Below are positions 13,684 to 27,509 of a stretch of DNA of 64,000 bases, piece after piece. The stretch lies in the NCBI RefSeq assembly GCF_963921235.1, contig NC_086097.1:198712001-198776000 (forward strand), read 5' to 3'. Positions within the stretch are counted from its first letter, which is position 1. Each line of letters begins with the position of its first letter. A program made the translations under genes and the position numbers. The notes beneath the pieces are model-generated. The model was given only the letters and a program-made list of their open reading frames with translations, did no database searches and was not told where the DNA came from. Origin of the DNA: Mobula hypostoma. Its lineage: Eukaryota.

Positions 13684-14919
13684 TTACTGGCTGTAAAGCT
13701 GTCATGGGGTAGTGAACGTTGCTTTTGTTTCTTATGTTTTCATAAATTTCAAGTCAGAGTGGGATGGAATGCTTGCCATATGTAGGTGGGTGAAGTTACA
13801 ACAATGTTCAGCAGACTGATTTTCTTTCTGGATGTATCTATCTGCATGATAGGCACCCCAGACCGGAGCATTATGACTGAAATTCTAAGTATACAATGCT
13901 AGAGCTGATTTTTAACTTCAATGGCACTTCTCTGTCACACAACCACTGCAAATGACAGGAAGAGAAACTATAAGAATATCATTATTTTCAAACTCTCCTC
14001 CAAGTTGTAAACAGTTCTGCATAGTAGCATAGAATCATAGAGTAATACATCACGGAAACGGGCCTTGCTGCCCAATCGGTCCTTGCCAACGATAGCATCC
14101 TCCCTGCTAGTCCCACATTCAACCCATAACCCCTCAAGTCCCTCCCCTCCATATATCCATCTATCTCCACCTATCAAAATGCCTCTTAAAATGTTGCAGA
14201 TGTACCTGCCTTCATCACTTTGTCTGGCAGCTCATTCCAGGTACTCATTACACTCTGTGTAAAGGAGTTACCTCTGAGGTCTTTTTTACCTCTCTCTCCA
14301 CTTCTCTTTTATCTGTCCCCTTTAGTTTTAGACTTCCCTGCCATTCACTGTAATATAGTGAATAATATATTACAGTGAATATACTACATTACAGCTCCTA
14401 CCCTTGCTTGAATATCCAAAATGCATCACCTCACACTTATCTAAATTGAATTTCATTTGCTATTCTTCAGCCCATCTCCCTATCTGATGAAGATCTCTTT
14501 GTAATTCATTGGAACCTGCTTCACTGTTGACAACATCTTCTAATGTAGTATCATCAGCAGACCTGTTAATCGTGTCATGTACATTTACATCCAAATCATT
14601 TACCTCCGTGTGAAAAACAGGTTTCCCAACATTGACCCCTGGGGCACCCCATTAGTCACAGGTCTCATCAGAGAATTGACCTTCAATCACCAACCTCTGC
14701 TTCTTATCATCAAGCCAACTATAAATTCACCTCACTAACTCTCTCGAATTCCATGCAACCTAACGTTCCAGATCTGTTTGCCATTTTGGACCTTGTCAAA
14801 GGCCTTACTAAAGTTCATAAATACATCATCCACTGCCCTACCTTCATCTTGAAAAGCTCCACAAGATTTGTCAGATATGATCTCCCGTGTAAAACTCCCA
14901 GAATTTTACAATAGCACAA

Positions 14920-15125
14920 CAAGAGAAAATCTGCAGATGCTGGAAATCCAAGCGAAACACACAAAATGCTGGAGGAGCTCAGCAGGTCAGGCAGCATCTA
15001 CGGAAAAGAGTACAGTCAATGTTTAGGACCGGCTGAAGGGTCTCGGCCCAAAACCACAACTCGACTCCTTTCCACAGATGTTGCTTGGCCTGCTGAGTTC
15101 CTCCAGCATTTTGTATGTGTTGCTT
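14920..15125. repeat. Palindromic Penelope-derived element
   Basis: Inverted arms CACAAAATGCTGGAGGA.CTCAGCAGG / CCTGCTGAGTTCCTCCAGCATTTTG; same family at ~33460..33602 and 53150..53362. Confidence 0.7.
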
Positions 15126-16350
15126 GACCCTTACCATAGACTTGGACAGGGATAGGAGCAGACAGAATGGGAAAATATTCACTGGAGGAGAATTATGATG
15201 CTATTAGGCATGAACTTGGGACTGTGAACCGTGAACAGATATACTCAGGCAAAAACATAATGGAAATGTGGAGGCTGCTTTGGGAGTACATGCATGAGGT
15301 TCTGGATAGATTTATCCCATTGAGGTAGGGAAGAATGGTTGACAACAGATAGGAACATCTAGTCAAGGGGAAGAAAGAAGCTTGCTTAAGGTTTAGGAAG
15401 CAAAGATAAGACAGGGCTCTAGAGAATCAAAAGCAAGCCAGAAGGAGCTTAAAAAAAGTAGTCACGAGCATAAGACGGCCTTGGCAAGTAGGTTTAAGGA
15501 AAATCCCAAGGCACTCTACACGTATATGAGGAACAGGATAACTGGAATGATCAGGGATAGAAGAGGAAACATATGCCTGAAGTCAGAGGAGGTAGGGGAG
15601 GTTCATAATGAATATTTTGCTTCAGCATTCACCAGTGAGACCTTGATATTTGTAAGGAAAGCGTAAAACAGGCTGACATGCTAAAACATGTTGCATTTAG
15701 AAAGATGTCCTGCAATTTTTGAAAAAGGTTTGGATGGATTAGTCCCCAGGGTTGGACGGGATACACAGTTCCTCAGGTTACTACTTAAGCAAGAGAAGAG
15801 ATAGCTGCATCTTTGGTGTTAAACTCTGCATCCTCGCTGGCCATTGGAGGATGGCAAAGGTTATTCCTTTGTTCAAGAAAGGTAATAGGGATCATCTGTG
15901 ATGATCCATGATTTCAAAATGAAATTCAGTAGGCACTTGCATGAAATAAACTCTGGAGGTCTATGAGAAACGACATGGGGAATGAGACTGACATCATTTA
16001 ATAAATAAAATTACCTCCTTCTGTGTTACAATGACTCTATGATTGGTTAGTTTGCTTTGCATTTTAGTTGTGTTAAGGTTTTTTTTCTGAGGCATCTGCT
16101 TGTTGTGTCAGCTCTATTCTATCATGGAAATTGCATTGCAGCATACATATTTTCCTGTCAGCTGTTTCAGTGGTTCTCACAACTATCCCCTATGAGGCAA
16201 GTATTTACAGCACAACATTTATCTGACTTTGCATTACCTTCTCAGCTTTCACCCTTGCTGGAATGATTTGAGCTCCTTTGAAGTGGCCATATGACCCATG
16301 TTTCAGTCTGAACTTTAGTTTCTTCATGTTGATTCCCTTTGCATCTTCAG

Positions 16351-17622
16351 TCACTTCTCATTCCATTGCAGCAGGAGAAAATGAGTTGTAAACAGAAGAG
16401 TACCAGTAAAGAAACAGGGCCCAATCTCAATGTCACAAAAGCTTACCATAATTAAAAGCTGAGAACAAAGTTACGACATTTGAGTCATGAAATACCTTTA
16501 AACACATGAAGGAAACTTGAAAACGCAAGATAAGTGTTAACTATAAACAATCATATGGCTGTAGGCTCACTGGACAAATGCAAACTGAAATTAAAAATAT
16601 CTAAAAATTGGTAAAAATAAAAAGTAGAATTTCATGTATTGAGATGATTTTAACAACCTTGACAGCTCTGCAGCCGAGCTAATTAAACTCTCATCTTCCT
16701 CTTATAGTCTAGCTCTGCTTCCAAGTTGTTTCTAGCTCTAGTTCTGTTACCTTTCCCCAAAACACATATTATCTGCTATGGTCTTTACACCAGCAAGTCT
16801 ATTGGGTCTTTGTTGAATCTCTTCTGGTGTGGTGCTAATCGCAATATGAATCAAAAACCTCTCAAAGTTGCGTTGATGGTGTTTAGGAACAAACTCTTAT
16901 TATCAAACCAGGACTGCAAAATCCAGGACAATGAAGATTATTTATTCCACTTAGATCTGGCAGGATATCTTCAACCATCTTCAGTGTACTATTAGTAGAA
17001 CACTTTGGACCCACAAAGGCCAAGCTTGATACCCAAGATAGGAATACCTGCTGGCTTTATAATACTGTATCTGCCTCTTCCAGTCCTTCAAGATCTAGTT
17101 TTAGTTTTTCTTTGACAGCTGCCTTAAGAATGCACTATTGATTAGTTACTCTCATTTGGTTCCAGACAGTAATTTTCTTTCCTGCTCTTTAAAAACACAT
17201 GCAAAAATCATCTAACAGCTACTCCCTGGTGAAAACAGAAATTGCTACTACAATACCATCATCAGATTCTCTGTCTATTATCAGTTTAATTAGCTCGGCT
17301 GCAGAGCTGTCAAGGTTGTTAAAATCACCTCAATACATGAATTTCTACTTTTTATTTTTACCAATTTTTAGATATTTTTAATTTCAGTTTGCATTTGTCC
17401 AGTGAGCCTAGAGCCATATGATTGTTTATAGTTAACACTTACCTTGCGTTTTCAAGTTTCCTTTCAAATGTTTAAAGGTATTTCATGACTCAAATGTCGT
17501 AACTTTGTTCTCAGCTTTTAATTATGGTAAGCTTTTGTGACATTGAGATTGGGCCCTGTTTCTTTACTGGTACTCTTCTGTTTACAACTCATTTTCTCCT
17601 GCTGCAATGGAATGAGAAGTGA
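16351..17622. repeat. Long inverted repeat: arms 16351..16689 and 17283..17622, ~590-bp spacer
   Basis: Arms are reverse complements with only a handful of mismatches by eye. Confidence 0.95.
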
Positions 17623-17899
17623 TTGATTTTAAACATACGTGTCATCCTTTTTCTTAAGCTCAGCATTTCTCCTTCGACCATGAACCCCATTTGCCACTTG
17701 CTTGTTTTAATATGTTGTGGTTCTTTCCATCTGTAGAACTATGTTGCCTGCCATTTACCCCACCTCATCTTTGAAGAGCTCTGAGCGTGTGCAGAGCTTT
17801 CTCAACAGATGCTCTCATTCATAAAACATTAATTCTCAATATATAATTCAATCTCTTAGGTCGCTATTTACAAACAACAATTAACAGTTTCTGTTGAAT

Positions 17900-18580
17900 T
17901 AAGTATCAAATGTCTTCTAATTCACTTGACGTCTGTAAAACTTGAACCGATACACCATCCCCCTGTATTGCGGAATATAGAATATCTTCCAGTATTGTAG
18001 TGGTAGGTTGGATTGTTTGGTAGAATCCTTTGTGATCAACCAAATGCAACAACACCTTCATGTTCATCCTCTCCTCTTTGTTAGCCATTTACAACTCGAT
18101 TAAGTCAGAACTTTTCACCTTCTATTGCTTCCTCTCATTTGACCAGTTATTTGCCTCAAAGAGAAGCTACTAAGATTGCTTTCTCCTAAAGAATGTACAG
18201 CCAAGTGGAAGAAAATCCATTCTGGCATTTCCTGTCTCTCAGCTACATGTCTGCCATGTATCAGCTTAATATAGCAATCTAATATCTGTAAACATGGCAG
18301 TTGGCATCCTTTCTTGGCAGACTAATCCAAAATCTGTCTCTTTTAATGTTCACCATACACTATTTCTCCTCTTGCAATTCTTGTATAATTTCTCAGAGGT
18401 GTGATCCGAGCAAAACCCCACATTAACGTGACCTTTCTGACAACATGCTGCATTTTGCTGTAACCTATAGATGTTTGTTCTTAAAATAAAGTATTCCTTG
18501 TCATTTTCTGTACATGCTTGGTGAGTCATTACTGAACTCATGGACTGTGATGTCGTCACCCTCCATTTGGCAGCACCCTC
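17900..18580 (-). mobile_element. Possible heavily decayed pogo/Tigger-like transposase
   Basis: KGHVNVGFCSDHTSEKL weakly resembles the pogo-type KxRxTVxxCxNxxGSEKL motif. Confidence 0.3.
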
Positions 18581-18974
18581 TGATCTGGAAACATTTGGTG
18601 CTTACTCCTGTTTTTACCATGAGATAGTACTGTGTGGCACTACACTTCTGACATTAACATCTTAATATCGTAAAAATGAATTTGCTTTTATTCTACTTTA
18701 ATCAGTCCTCATACTCTTTGCTCTTACCATTCCATTTATTAGATCCTCTCTGGCTTATCCACTCAATTGCATCTTTTTGAAAACTTTAATAGTGTCTTTG
18801 ATCAATATTGCAACTTGGAACTCTCAAATGTACACTGCAATTTATGTATTTATAATCTATTTTGGAAACTGTAATTTCCCAATCCTGTCTTAAGGGATGA
18901 TAAATCAATTTTAAACCTCCCCTCCACATCCTATCTTGTCATGACATTTTAGGATTATATATGTTTATAATCAT

Positions 18975-19900
18975 GTCTAAGAATCAGGTTTATAATCATT
19001 GACATATGTACTGAAATATGTTGTTTTGCAGCAGCAGAATGGTGCAAGACCTAAAAATTACTTTAAGTTACAAAATAAATAAACAGTTCCAAAGATGAAA
19101 AAATGAGGTAACATTTGTGGGTTCATGGACTGTTCAGAAACTGGATGATATAGGGGAAAAAGCTGTCCTTAAAAAGTTGAGTATGTTCACTTTGAGGGGG
19201 TCTGTGAAAAAGTTCTATTCAAAATGGGGACCTTTCTTATCATATTTTGGGAGTCTTAAGGAATTACCTACTAGTTGAGGGCATTTGATTGTACTTAGGA
19301 AGTTGCCTCCCATTTAACACACTTATAATTTACCTCACAGGGTGGTTGATGAATTGTAAATATGAGTGTATTTTGGATCATCTGACATGTTGCAGATGTG
19401 TATGAGCTGTCGTATTGAAGTAGTGTGGGGGTACGGTTGTGAAATGTCCATACTTGTATTTGTGAATTGTTGTGTTGTAGCTATATTAGCTGCCATGATA
19501 TGTTCGGGGAGGGTGGGTGGGGGGGAGGTTTGTTTTGGGGGTATGATACTAAAGCAAAATGGAGGAAAATGTAATCCATATATATTCTGTATTGTGTCAT
19601 TCCTTCAATAAAAAAAAAAGTTGAGTATGGGTCGTCAGGGTCCTGTACCTCCTCCCTGGTGGTAAAAAGGTGAAGCGATCATATTCTGGATGGTGAGGGT
19701 CTTTAATGATGGATGCGACCTTCTTGAGGCAAGCCTCTTGAAGATGTCCCTGATAGTGGGGAGGATTGTGTTTGTGATGGAACTGGCTGAGTCTACAACG
19801 CTCTAAACGTCGTCCAATCCCATGTACCTGAGCCTGCATAGCAGGCAGTGTTGCAACCATTCAGAATACTCTCACCGTACACCTGCAGAAATTTGCAAGA
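18975..19900 (-). mobile_element. Rex/Babar-type LINE 3' fragment (host of an L1 insertion)
   Basis: CLKKVASIIKDPHHP...FLPPGRRYR C-terminal motif. Confidence 0.7.
19186..19614 (+). mobile_element. 5'-truncated L1 3' end
   Basis: 15-bp TSD AAAAAGTTGAGTATG (19171..19185 and 19615..19629) at a TT/AAAA site; FTLRGSVKKFYSKWGPFLSYF ORF2 C-terminus; AATAAA-poly(A). Confidence 0.85.
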
Positions 19901-20393
19901 CTCCACATACTCTCCTTGAGCAGATAAAAACCAACATTGTCATTCCAGATATTAATAAGCTTTCTTTAAACTGCTTCCAAAGCATTAGCATCCTTCCTTA
20001 AATAAGAAAACTAATTACATAAATAGCACTTCAGATGTGTACTCCCCAAAGCATAATTTCCAAAGCCTCACTGAAGCATAATTGAAAAATAACTTCATTG
20101 CCTTTGTACTAAATTCTGCTAGCAATAAATGATAGCATTATTAGCTTTCCCAATTACTTGTCCTTTCATACTAGCCTGTTGAGAATCACACTAGGTTACT
20201 CTGCATTTCAGAATTCTGCAATCTCTTTAAGTGCTGGATAATAGGGAAACAAAATGTGCTCTTTTGTAGCTATATAACTTCTTCACAAGTTGTTTTCCTA
20301 CCCATCTATCTACATCATCAGCAAATTTAGCAGCCGTGCTTTTATCTTCCCATTCAAGCCACTTAGCCCACACTCAGTGATCACTTTATTAGC

Positions 20394-22682
20394 CATAGTC
20401 ATAGTCATAGTCATACTTTATTGATCCCGGGGGAAATTGGTTTTCGTTACAGTTGCACCATAAATAATTAAATAGTAATAAAACCATAAATAATTTAATA
20501 GTAATATGTAAATTATGCCAGGAAGTAAGTCCAGGACCAGCCTATTGGCTCAGGGTGTCTGATCCTCCAAGGGAGGAGTTGTAAAGTTTGATGGCCACAG
20601 GCAGGAATGACTTCCTATGACGCTCTGTGTTGCATCTCGGCGGAATGAGTCTCTGGCTGAATGTACTCCTGTGCCCAACCAGTACATTATGTAGTGGATA
20701 GGAGACATTGTCCAAGATGGCATGCAGCCTGGACAGCATCCTCTTTTCAGACACCACCGTCAGAGAGTCCAGTTCCATCTCCACAACATCACTGGCCTTA
20801 CCAATGAGTTTGTTGATTCTGTTGGTGTCCGCTACCCTCAGCCTGCTGCCCCAGCACACAACAGCAAACATGATCGCACTGGTCACCACAGACTCGTAGA
20901 ACATCCTCAGCACCGTCCGGCAGATGTTAAAGGACCTCATTCTCCTCAGGAAACAGAGACGGCTCTGACCCTTCTTGTAGACAGCCTCAGTGTTCTTTGA
21001 TCAGTCCAGTTTATTGTCAATTCATATCCCCAGGTATTTGTAATCGTCCACCATGTCCACACTGACCCCCTGGATGGAAACAGGGGTCACCAGTACCTTA
21101 GCTCTCCTCAGGTCTACCACCAGCTCCTTAGTCTTTTTCACATTAAGCTGCAGATAATTCTGCTCACACCATGTGATAAAGTTTCCTACCATAGCCTCAG
21201 TACTCAGCCTCATCTCCCTTGCTGATGCATCCAACTATGGCAGAGTCATCCAAAAACTTCTGAAGATGACAAGACTCTGTGCAGTAGTTGAAGTCCGAGG
21301 TGTAAATGGTGAAGAGAAAGGGAAATAAGACAGTCCTCTGTGGAGCCCCAGTGCTGCTGTCGGACACACAGTGTTGCAAGCACACGTACTGTGGTCTGCC
21401 AGTCAGGTGATCAAGAATCCATGACACCAAGAAAGCATCCACCTGCATCGCTGTCAGCTTCTCCCCCAGCAGAGCAGGGCGGATGGTGTTGAACGCACTG
21501 GAGAAGTCAAAAAACATGACCCTCACAATGCTCGCTGGCTTGTCCAGGCGGGCGTAGACACAGTTCAGCAGGTAGACGATGGCATCCTCAACTCCTAGTC
21601 GGGGCTGGTAGGCGAACTGGAGGGGATCTAAGTGTGGCCTGACCATAGGCCGGAGCAGCTCCAGAACAAGTCTCTCCAGGGTCTTCATGATGTGGAAGGT
21701 CAATGCCACCGGTCTGTAGTCATTGAGGCCGCTGGGGTGTGGCGTCTTCCGCACAGGGACGAGGCAGGACGTCTTCCACAGCACAGGAACCCTCCAGAGC
21801 CTCAGGCTCAGGTTGAAGACTGGCGAAGTACTCCACATAGCTGAGGGGCACAGACTTTGAGCACCCTGGTACTGACACCATCCTGTCCTGCAGCCTTGCT
21901 TGGGTTGAGACGTTTCAGCTGTCTTCTCACCTGTTCAGCTATGAAGCCCACCATGGTGGTTTCGTGTGGGGAAGGGGTATAGTCATGAGAGCAGGGTGGG
22001 GGACTGTGAGGAGGGTTAGGGGGGAGAGTGGAATATGTGTTGGTTGGGGGCCGACAACAGATGACTCATGTGGGAGATAGGCAGGGGCCACAATGTCAAA
22101 TCTGTTAAAGAACAAGTTAAGTTCATTGGCCCTGTCCACACTGCCTTCAGCTCCTCTATTGCTAGTTTGCCGGAACCCAGTGATGGTCCTCATCCCACTC
22201 CAGACCTCTCTCATGTTGTTCTGCTGGAGTTTCCACTCAAGCTTCCTCCTGTACCTGTCTTTAGCCTCCGTGATCCTGGCTTTCAGGTCCCTCTGTATTG
22301 CCCTCAGCTCCTTCCTATTTCCATCTCTAAATGCCCTCTTTTTAGCGTTCAGGATGTCCTTAATGTCCTTTGTTACCCATGGCTTGTTATTTGAATAACA
22401 AAGGACAGTTCTTGTCGGAACATTGCAGTCCACACAGAAGTTGATATAATCAGTGATGCACTCTGTGAGCCCATCAATATCCTCTCCATGTGGCTCACAG
22501 AGTGCCTGCCAGTCTGTTACCTCAAAACAACCCTGGAGCGCCTCATAAGCCTCCTCCGACCATTTTCTCACTGTCCTCGAGGTTGCAGGTTTACTCTTCA
22601 CCAGAGGCACGTAGCAGGGTTTTAGATGCACCAGGTTGTGATCAGACCTTCTCAATGGGGGGAGGGGAGAGCAGCTGTATGC
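20394..22682 (-). mobile_element. Rex/Babar LINE, 5'-truncated, frameshifted
   Basis: ORFs 21939..22655 (SDHN endonuclease end), 21197..21838 (DYRPVAL, LQFAYQP, DFSSAFNTI, GAPQ), 20542..20940; (CATAGT)n tail on + strand. Confidence 0.9.
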
Positions 22683-22767
22683 ATTAGGTCCACCTTTACA
22701 TCAGCTCATTAATGGAAATATCTAATCAGCCAATCACGTGCCATCAATGCATAAAAGCATACAGACC

Positions 22768-23843
22768 CCCCCCACCCCGCAAATGACTTTAGCTGATTTA
22801 ATAAGGTCTAATATTATAAGGTCTGTTATGCCTATAGTACGTCAGTTCATCAATATATTGAAGAAAATTACTTAGTATGTTCACCGTTTTTACAGATGGA
22901 TCAAAAGATAATTTAACTGGGAATGTTAGTGCGGCTGTTTCTGTGCCTGAATTATAAGTAACTATAAAGAAATGACTTACTAATCATTTATCAGTATATA
23001 CAGCAGAACTGGTTGCCAGCATTTTCGGCTTGCAGTGGGTGGAGGAAATCTGTCCAATGTAAAGCTGTAATTTGTTCAGATTCCTTTTCAGCTCTGATGA
23101 GTTTTAAAAAAGGTCATTCCAGCAGTAGGTCAGACATACTGTTGGAACTCATCAAACATTATTTTCTGTACAAAGTATTGGTTTATATGTTTGCTTCTTA
23201 TGGATCCCTGCATATCGAGGTGTTGAGGGGAAGGAGTGGGTTGATTATTTAGCCAAGAAAGCTGTTAAAAGTTTAACTGTGGATACAGATCTTCCACTTA
23301 GCAAATCAGAAGCTGAGGGGTTGGTAGGAGGATTATGACAACTTGTTTGATCATAGGCATAAAGGGAGACACTTTTATAGAATACATAAAACTATTGGGT
23401 TTATGGGAGAAGGGGGTAAAACAAGAAGGGAAGGAATTATTTTGATGCAACTTGTAATTGGACATACTATGATTAAATATTCCTGATATAGTTGGAAGAC
23501 ATTATTCTGGGTTGAGTATGTTTTATCATCATTATAAAACAGTTGAACAAACTACATATTATTACAGTGTGAAGCACATAACGTTGAAAGAAATCAAATG
23601 TAGGCTTCGGGGATTGATAGTTTTCATTTAAAAACTTAAGTTATGGGAGTGACTTTAATTTAATTCACAATATTGTCTTTCATTACTTACAATCTATAGG
23701 GCTTTTTGGGGTAATTTAGCTTTCATTTGAAGGAAGTAGTAAGGGTTTTTTCCCCAGTTCTCTGCACCACACTCCAGTCCAGTTGGTAGTGGTAATGCAC
23801 CTTAAAGTTGGACTGCCAACAGCAATAAAAAGTCAGAAGAAGA
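22768..23843 (+). mobile_element. Nimb/I-clade LINE 3' fragment with RNase H remnant
   Basis: FTDGSK, SVYTAEL, VICSDS.SAL and WIPAH motifs across frames; 3' GGTAATGCACC...GAAGAAGA tail. Confidence 0.7.
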
Positions 23844-24859
23844 GGTTCAGTTCTTGTTCAGACCAAACATCAGAAAGTGGAAGAAATGTGATCTAAGCGG
23901 CTTTGACTGTGATGCAACATGGGGTGATTTTGAGAATCCTGAACTACTGATTTCCTGGGATTTTCACGCACAATTGTCTCTAGAGGTTACAGAGAATGGC
24001 GCGAAAGACAAAAAAAAATCCAGTGTGTGGCAGTTCTGTGAGCAAAAATGCCTTGTTAATGAGAGACGTCAGAGGAGAATTGCCAGACTGGTGCAAGCTG
24101 ACAGAAAAGTGACAGTTACTTAGATAAACATGTGTTACAACAGTGGTGTGTAGGACATCTCTGAATGCACGACATGCCAGATCAGACCAGGGCTACAGCA
24201 GTAGAGAACCACCCCGGGTTCCACTCTTGTACCTAATAAAGTAGCCACTGATTGAATATTGAATAAAGTTAAAGCCCAATACCAATACCTGAGGTACACT
24301 ACTTGCTACCAGAAAAAAAACTACCAGTATTTATGCATATTCTAATTTTTCTGTTACCTAGCTAAGTTTTCATCCATGCTAATATGTTCCTCCTGAACAA
24401 CATTTTATTTTCTGCTATGTTTGATCTGGCACCTAATAAAATGCCTATCCAATACACCTACGGGATCTCCTTTAGCCAAAACACATTACTTCCTCAAGTA
24501 ATTCAATAAATTAATTGAAAATTATTTCCCTTTCATTTGGTCTGATAGCCTTGAATTTTTTCAAGTGCCTTGAATGTTAGTGTTCTGATTTGAGATACAC
24601 ATAATTTTCAGTCAGATGGGATCTTCCCACAATCTCAGAAAACATGGAAAATAAAAACCAACGTATCATCAAAATCACAGATACATTAGAATTACTTCCT
24701 TGGTGATGGTACTTTTCTCAAGTTCCTCCCTCCTTCCCATTCCTCGATTTGCAGCTGTTTTTGTTTTCTCCTCTAGAGTGAACATGGACGTAAAATATCT
24801 GTTTAATAAATTGGCAATCTGACTGCTTGTCATAATTAATCCACAGACTCATTTTGTAT

Positions 24860-25957
24860 AAGACCACAAGATATAGGAGAAGCGTTGGGCCATTTGGCCC
24901 ATCGAGTCTGCTCCACCATTTTATCATGGTTGATCCATTTCCCTCTCAGCCCCAATTTCCTGCCTTCTCCTTGTAACTCTTCATGCCCTAACTAACCAAG
25001 AACCCATTTATCTCTGCTTTAAATACACCCAGTAACTTGGCCTCCACAGCCGCCTGTTGCAATGAACTCCACAGACTCACCACTTGCTGACTAGAGAAAT
25101 TCCTCATCTGTCCTAAATGGAGGTCCCTATATTCATGAGGCTGTGCCCTCTGGTTCTAGACTCCCCCACAATCGGAAACATTGAGCCTTTTCCACATTCG
25201 ATATGGTTCAATGAGATCCCCCTTCATTCTTTTGAATTCCAGTGACTACAGGCCCAGAACCATCAATCAATCCTCATATGGTAATCCCTTCTTTCCCAGA
25301 ATCATTCTTGTAAACCTCCTCTGAACCCTCTCCAATGTCAGAACATCTTTTCTTAGATAAGGGGCCCAAAACTGCTCACACTATTCCAAGTGAGATGTTA
25401 CCAATGACTTATAAAGCCTCAACATTACATCCTTGCTTCTATATTCTAATCCTCTTGAAATGAATGCTAACATTGCATTTGTCTTCCTCACCACTGACTC
25501 AACCTGAAACTTAACCTTTAAGAAATCCTGCATGAGCACTCCCAAGTCCCTTTGCACCTAAGCTTTTTAAATTTTCTCTCATTTAGAAAATAGTGTAAGC
25601 TTTTATTTCTTCTACAAAAGTGCATGACCATACACTTCATGGCATGTATTCCATCTGCCACTTCTTTGCCAATTCTCCTAATCTGGCTAAATCCTTCTGC
25701 CAGCCTCTCTGCTTCCTCAACATTATCTACCCTTCCATTTATCTTCATATTGTCCACAAAACTGGTCATAAAGCCATCAATTCCATCTCCCAAATCATTG
25801 ATATATAACATAAAAAGAAGCGGTCCCAACACAGACCCATGTGGAACTCCATTAATCACCAGCAGCCAACCAAAGATGGCTCCCTTTATTCCCACTCTTT
25901 GCCTACTGCCAATCAGACACTGCTTTATCCGTGCTAGAATCTTTACTGTAATACCAT
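24860..25957 (-). mobile_element. CR1 LINE RT/3' fragment
   Basis: [22 protein letters not shown]1 3' UTR motif GGCCCATCGAGTCTGCTCC on + strand. Confidence 0.85.
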
Positions 25958-27509
25958 GTTATTCTTATCTTTATAGATATACAAACTCCTTACAATTTAT
26001 TTTTAACATTTCTGGGCAGATATCTTTACCTTTCATTCTAATTCTTCCTTCCTTAATCTTCTCGTCATTCTTTGCTTTTTTAATAATCTGTCAAATATTC
26101 TTACTGCCAATCATCTTTGCACAATAATAATAGTTTTTCTTTAATTTTCATACTACCTTCAAATTTTTTGGTTAATCACAGATTTTGGGTCCTTTATTTC
26201 CTCCTATATAATTATTTTAATTTAGCTTTATGCAAATCACATCTCCATTTTGGTTTTCTGAACTTGGGTGATCTCACCTTTTCGTTCTAAGATTGTCATT
26301 AATTACCAGAGTCACTCCTCCACTTTTACCTTGCACTTTGTTAACCTTAAGTATCAAGAATCCTTCAGTATTTAAGTCCCAGTCTATTAAGCAGCTGTTA
26401 TGTATCTGCAATGAGTATTATTTATTTCTATTTAGTCCTCAGCACAAATATTTTAGTTTGAATGCTATAGGCACAGTTTTGATGCTTTAGTATTTTTGTA
26501 ACCACCAACCTTATCAGTTGAAATATCCTTAGACTTGGACTGTACCCTACCTTGTACCATATTCTTTATCATTTCCCTTATGGATACCTTTCCCCTACCC
26601 AGTCTACTATTCTCTGATTTAGCAAATCTTCCTAACTTTGGTCATCGTGACATCTGAGGTTCCCATGCGTCTGTTTCCGCCCCTGTCTGTAGTTCAAATC
26701 AGAAGACCCTAAATAAAGGGATGTGACTACTTTCTGCTGCAAAGTGTCTCCCCACCTCGAGGGAGGTCTTGACCATAAGCAGGCCAAAACTCCTGAAGAC
26801 AGGTGGCAGATCAACTGATGAATCCCACTGGTGATAGCACAGGACAGTCAACATCTTAGTCCACCTGCATTTTTAATTCAATGGGTGAGTCTCTATTCCT
26901 TGATGTGTTACAATATCTGAAGCTCAGTCTCCAGCCATAGCTTCCTGATCTATGAACACTTACTGAGAGACATTTTACCCTAGTTTACATAAGCAACTGT
27001 AAATTCCATCTGGCACAGCCATAACATATCACTTGCCCTGCTGACCGGATCAGTTAATCATTGAATTCAGTCCATTAAATCTGCATTGATTCCTTGTGAG
27101 AACTATTTACCTAGTCCCACCTGCTTCCGTAACCTACAAATTATTTTTCATGTATTTATCCAGCTCTCTTTTGAATCCTACAATTGAGTCTCACTCATAC
27201 AATCCTGGCAGTGCATCCAACATTTTAATTACTTTCCTCATATTACGTTTTCTTCTTTTGCCAGTCACTTTCATTTTCTGCCCCAAAGTTCTTGACCTCC
27301 CCACCAATAGGAACAGTAGCTATCTAATTTATCTGAAACCTGACTTTGACTTTGACTTATTGATCTAAATACCCCTGTCAAACTTCTTTGTTCTGAGGAA
27401 GGGAAACCCATCTTCTCCAATCTATTCACGTAAATGAATTCTTTTATCCTGGAATCATTTTGGTAAATATTTTCTGCAACTTTTCTAAGGCTTATTGGGA
27501 TCTTTAATA

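Larger units (their letters stand above)
20371..24253 (+). mobile_element. Non-autonomous Tc1-like element split by two LINE insertions
   Basis: Left TIR CACTCAGTGATCACTTTATTAG; right TIR GTACCTAATAAAGTAGCCACTGA; internal pieces at ~22683..22767 and ~23843..24253 are colinear with the copy at 2642..3190. Confidence 0.75.
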
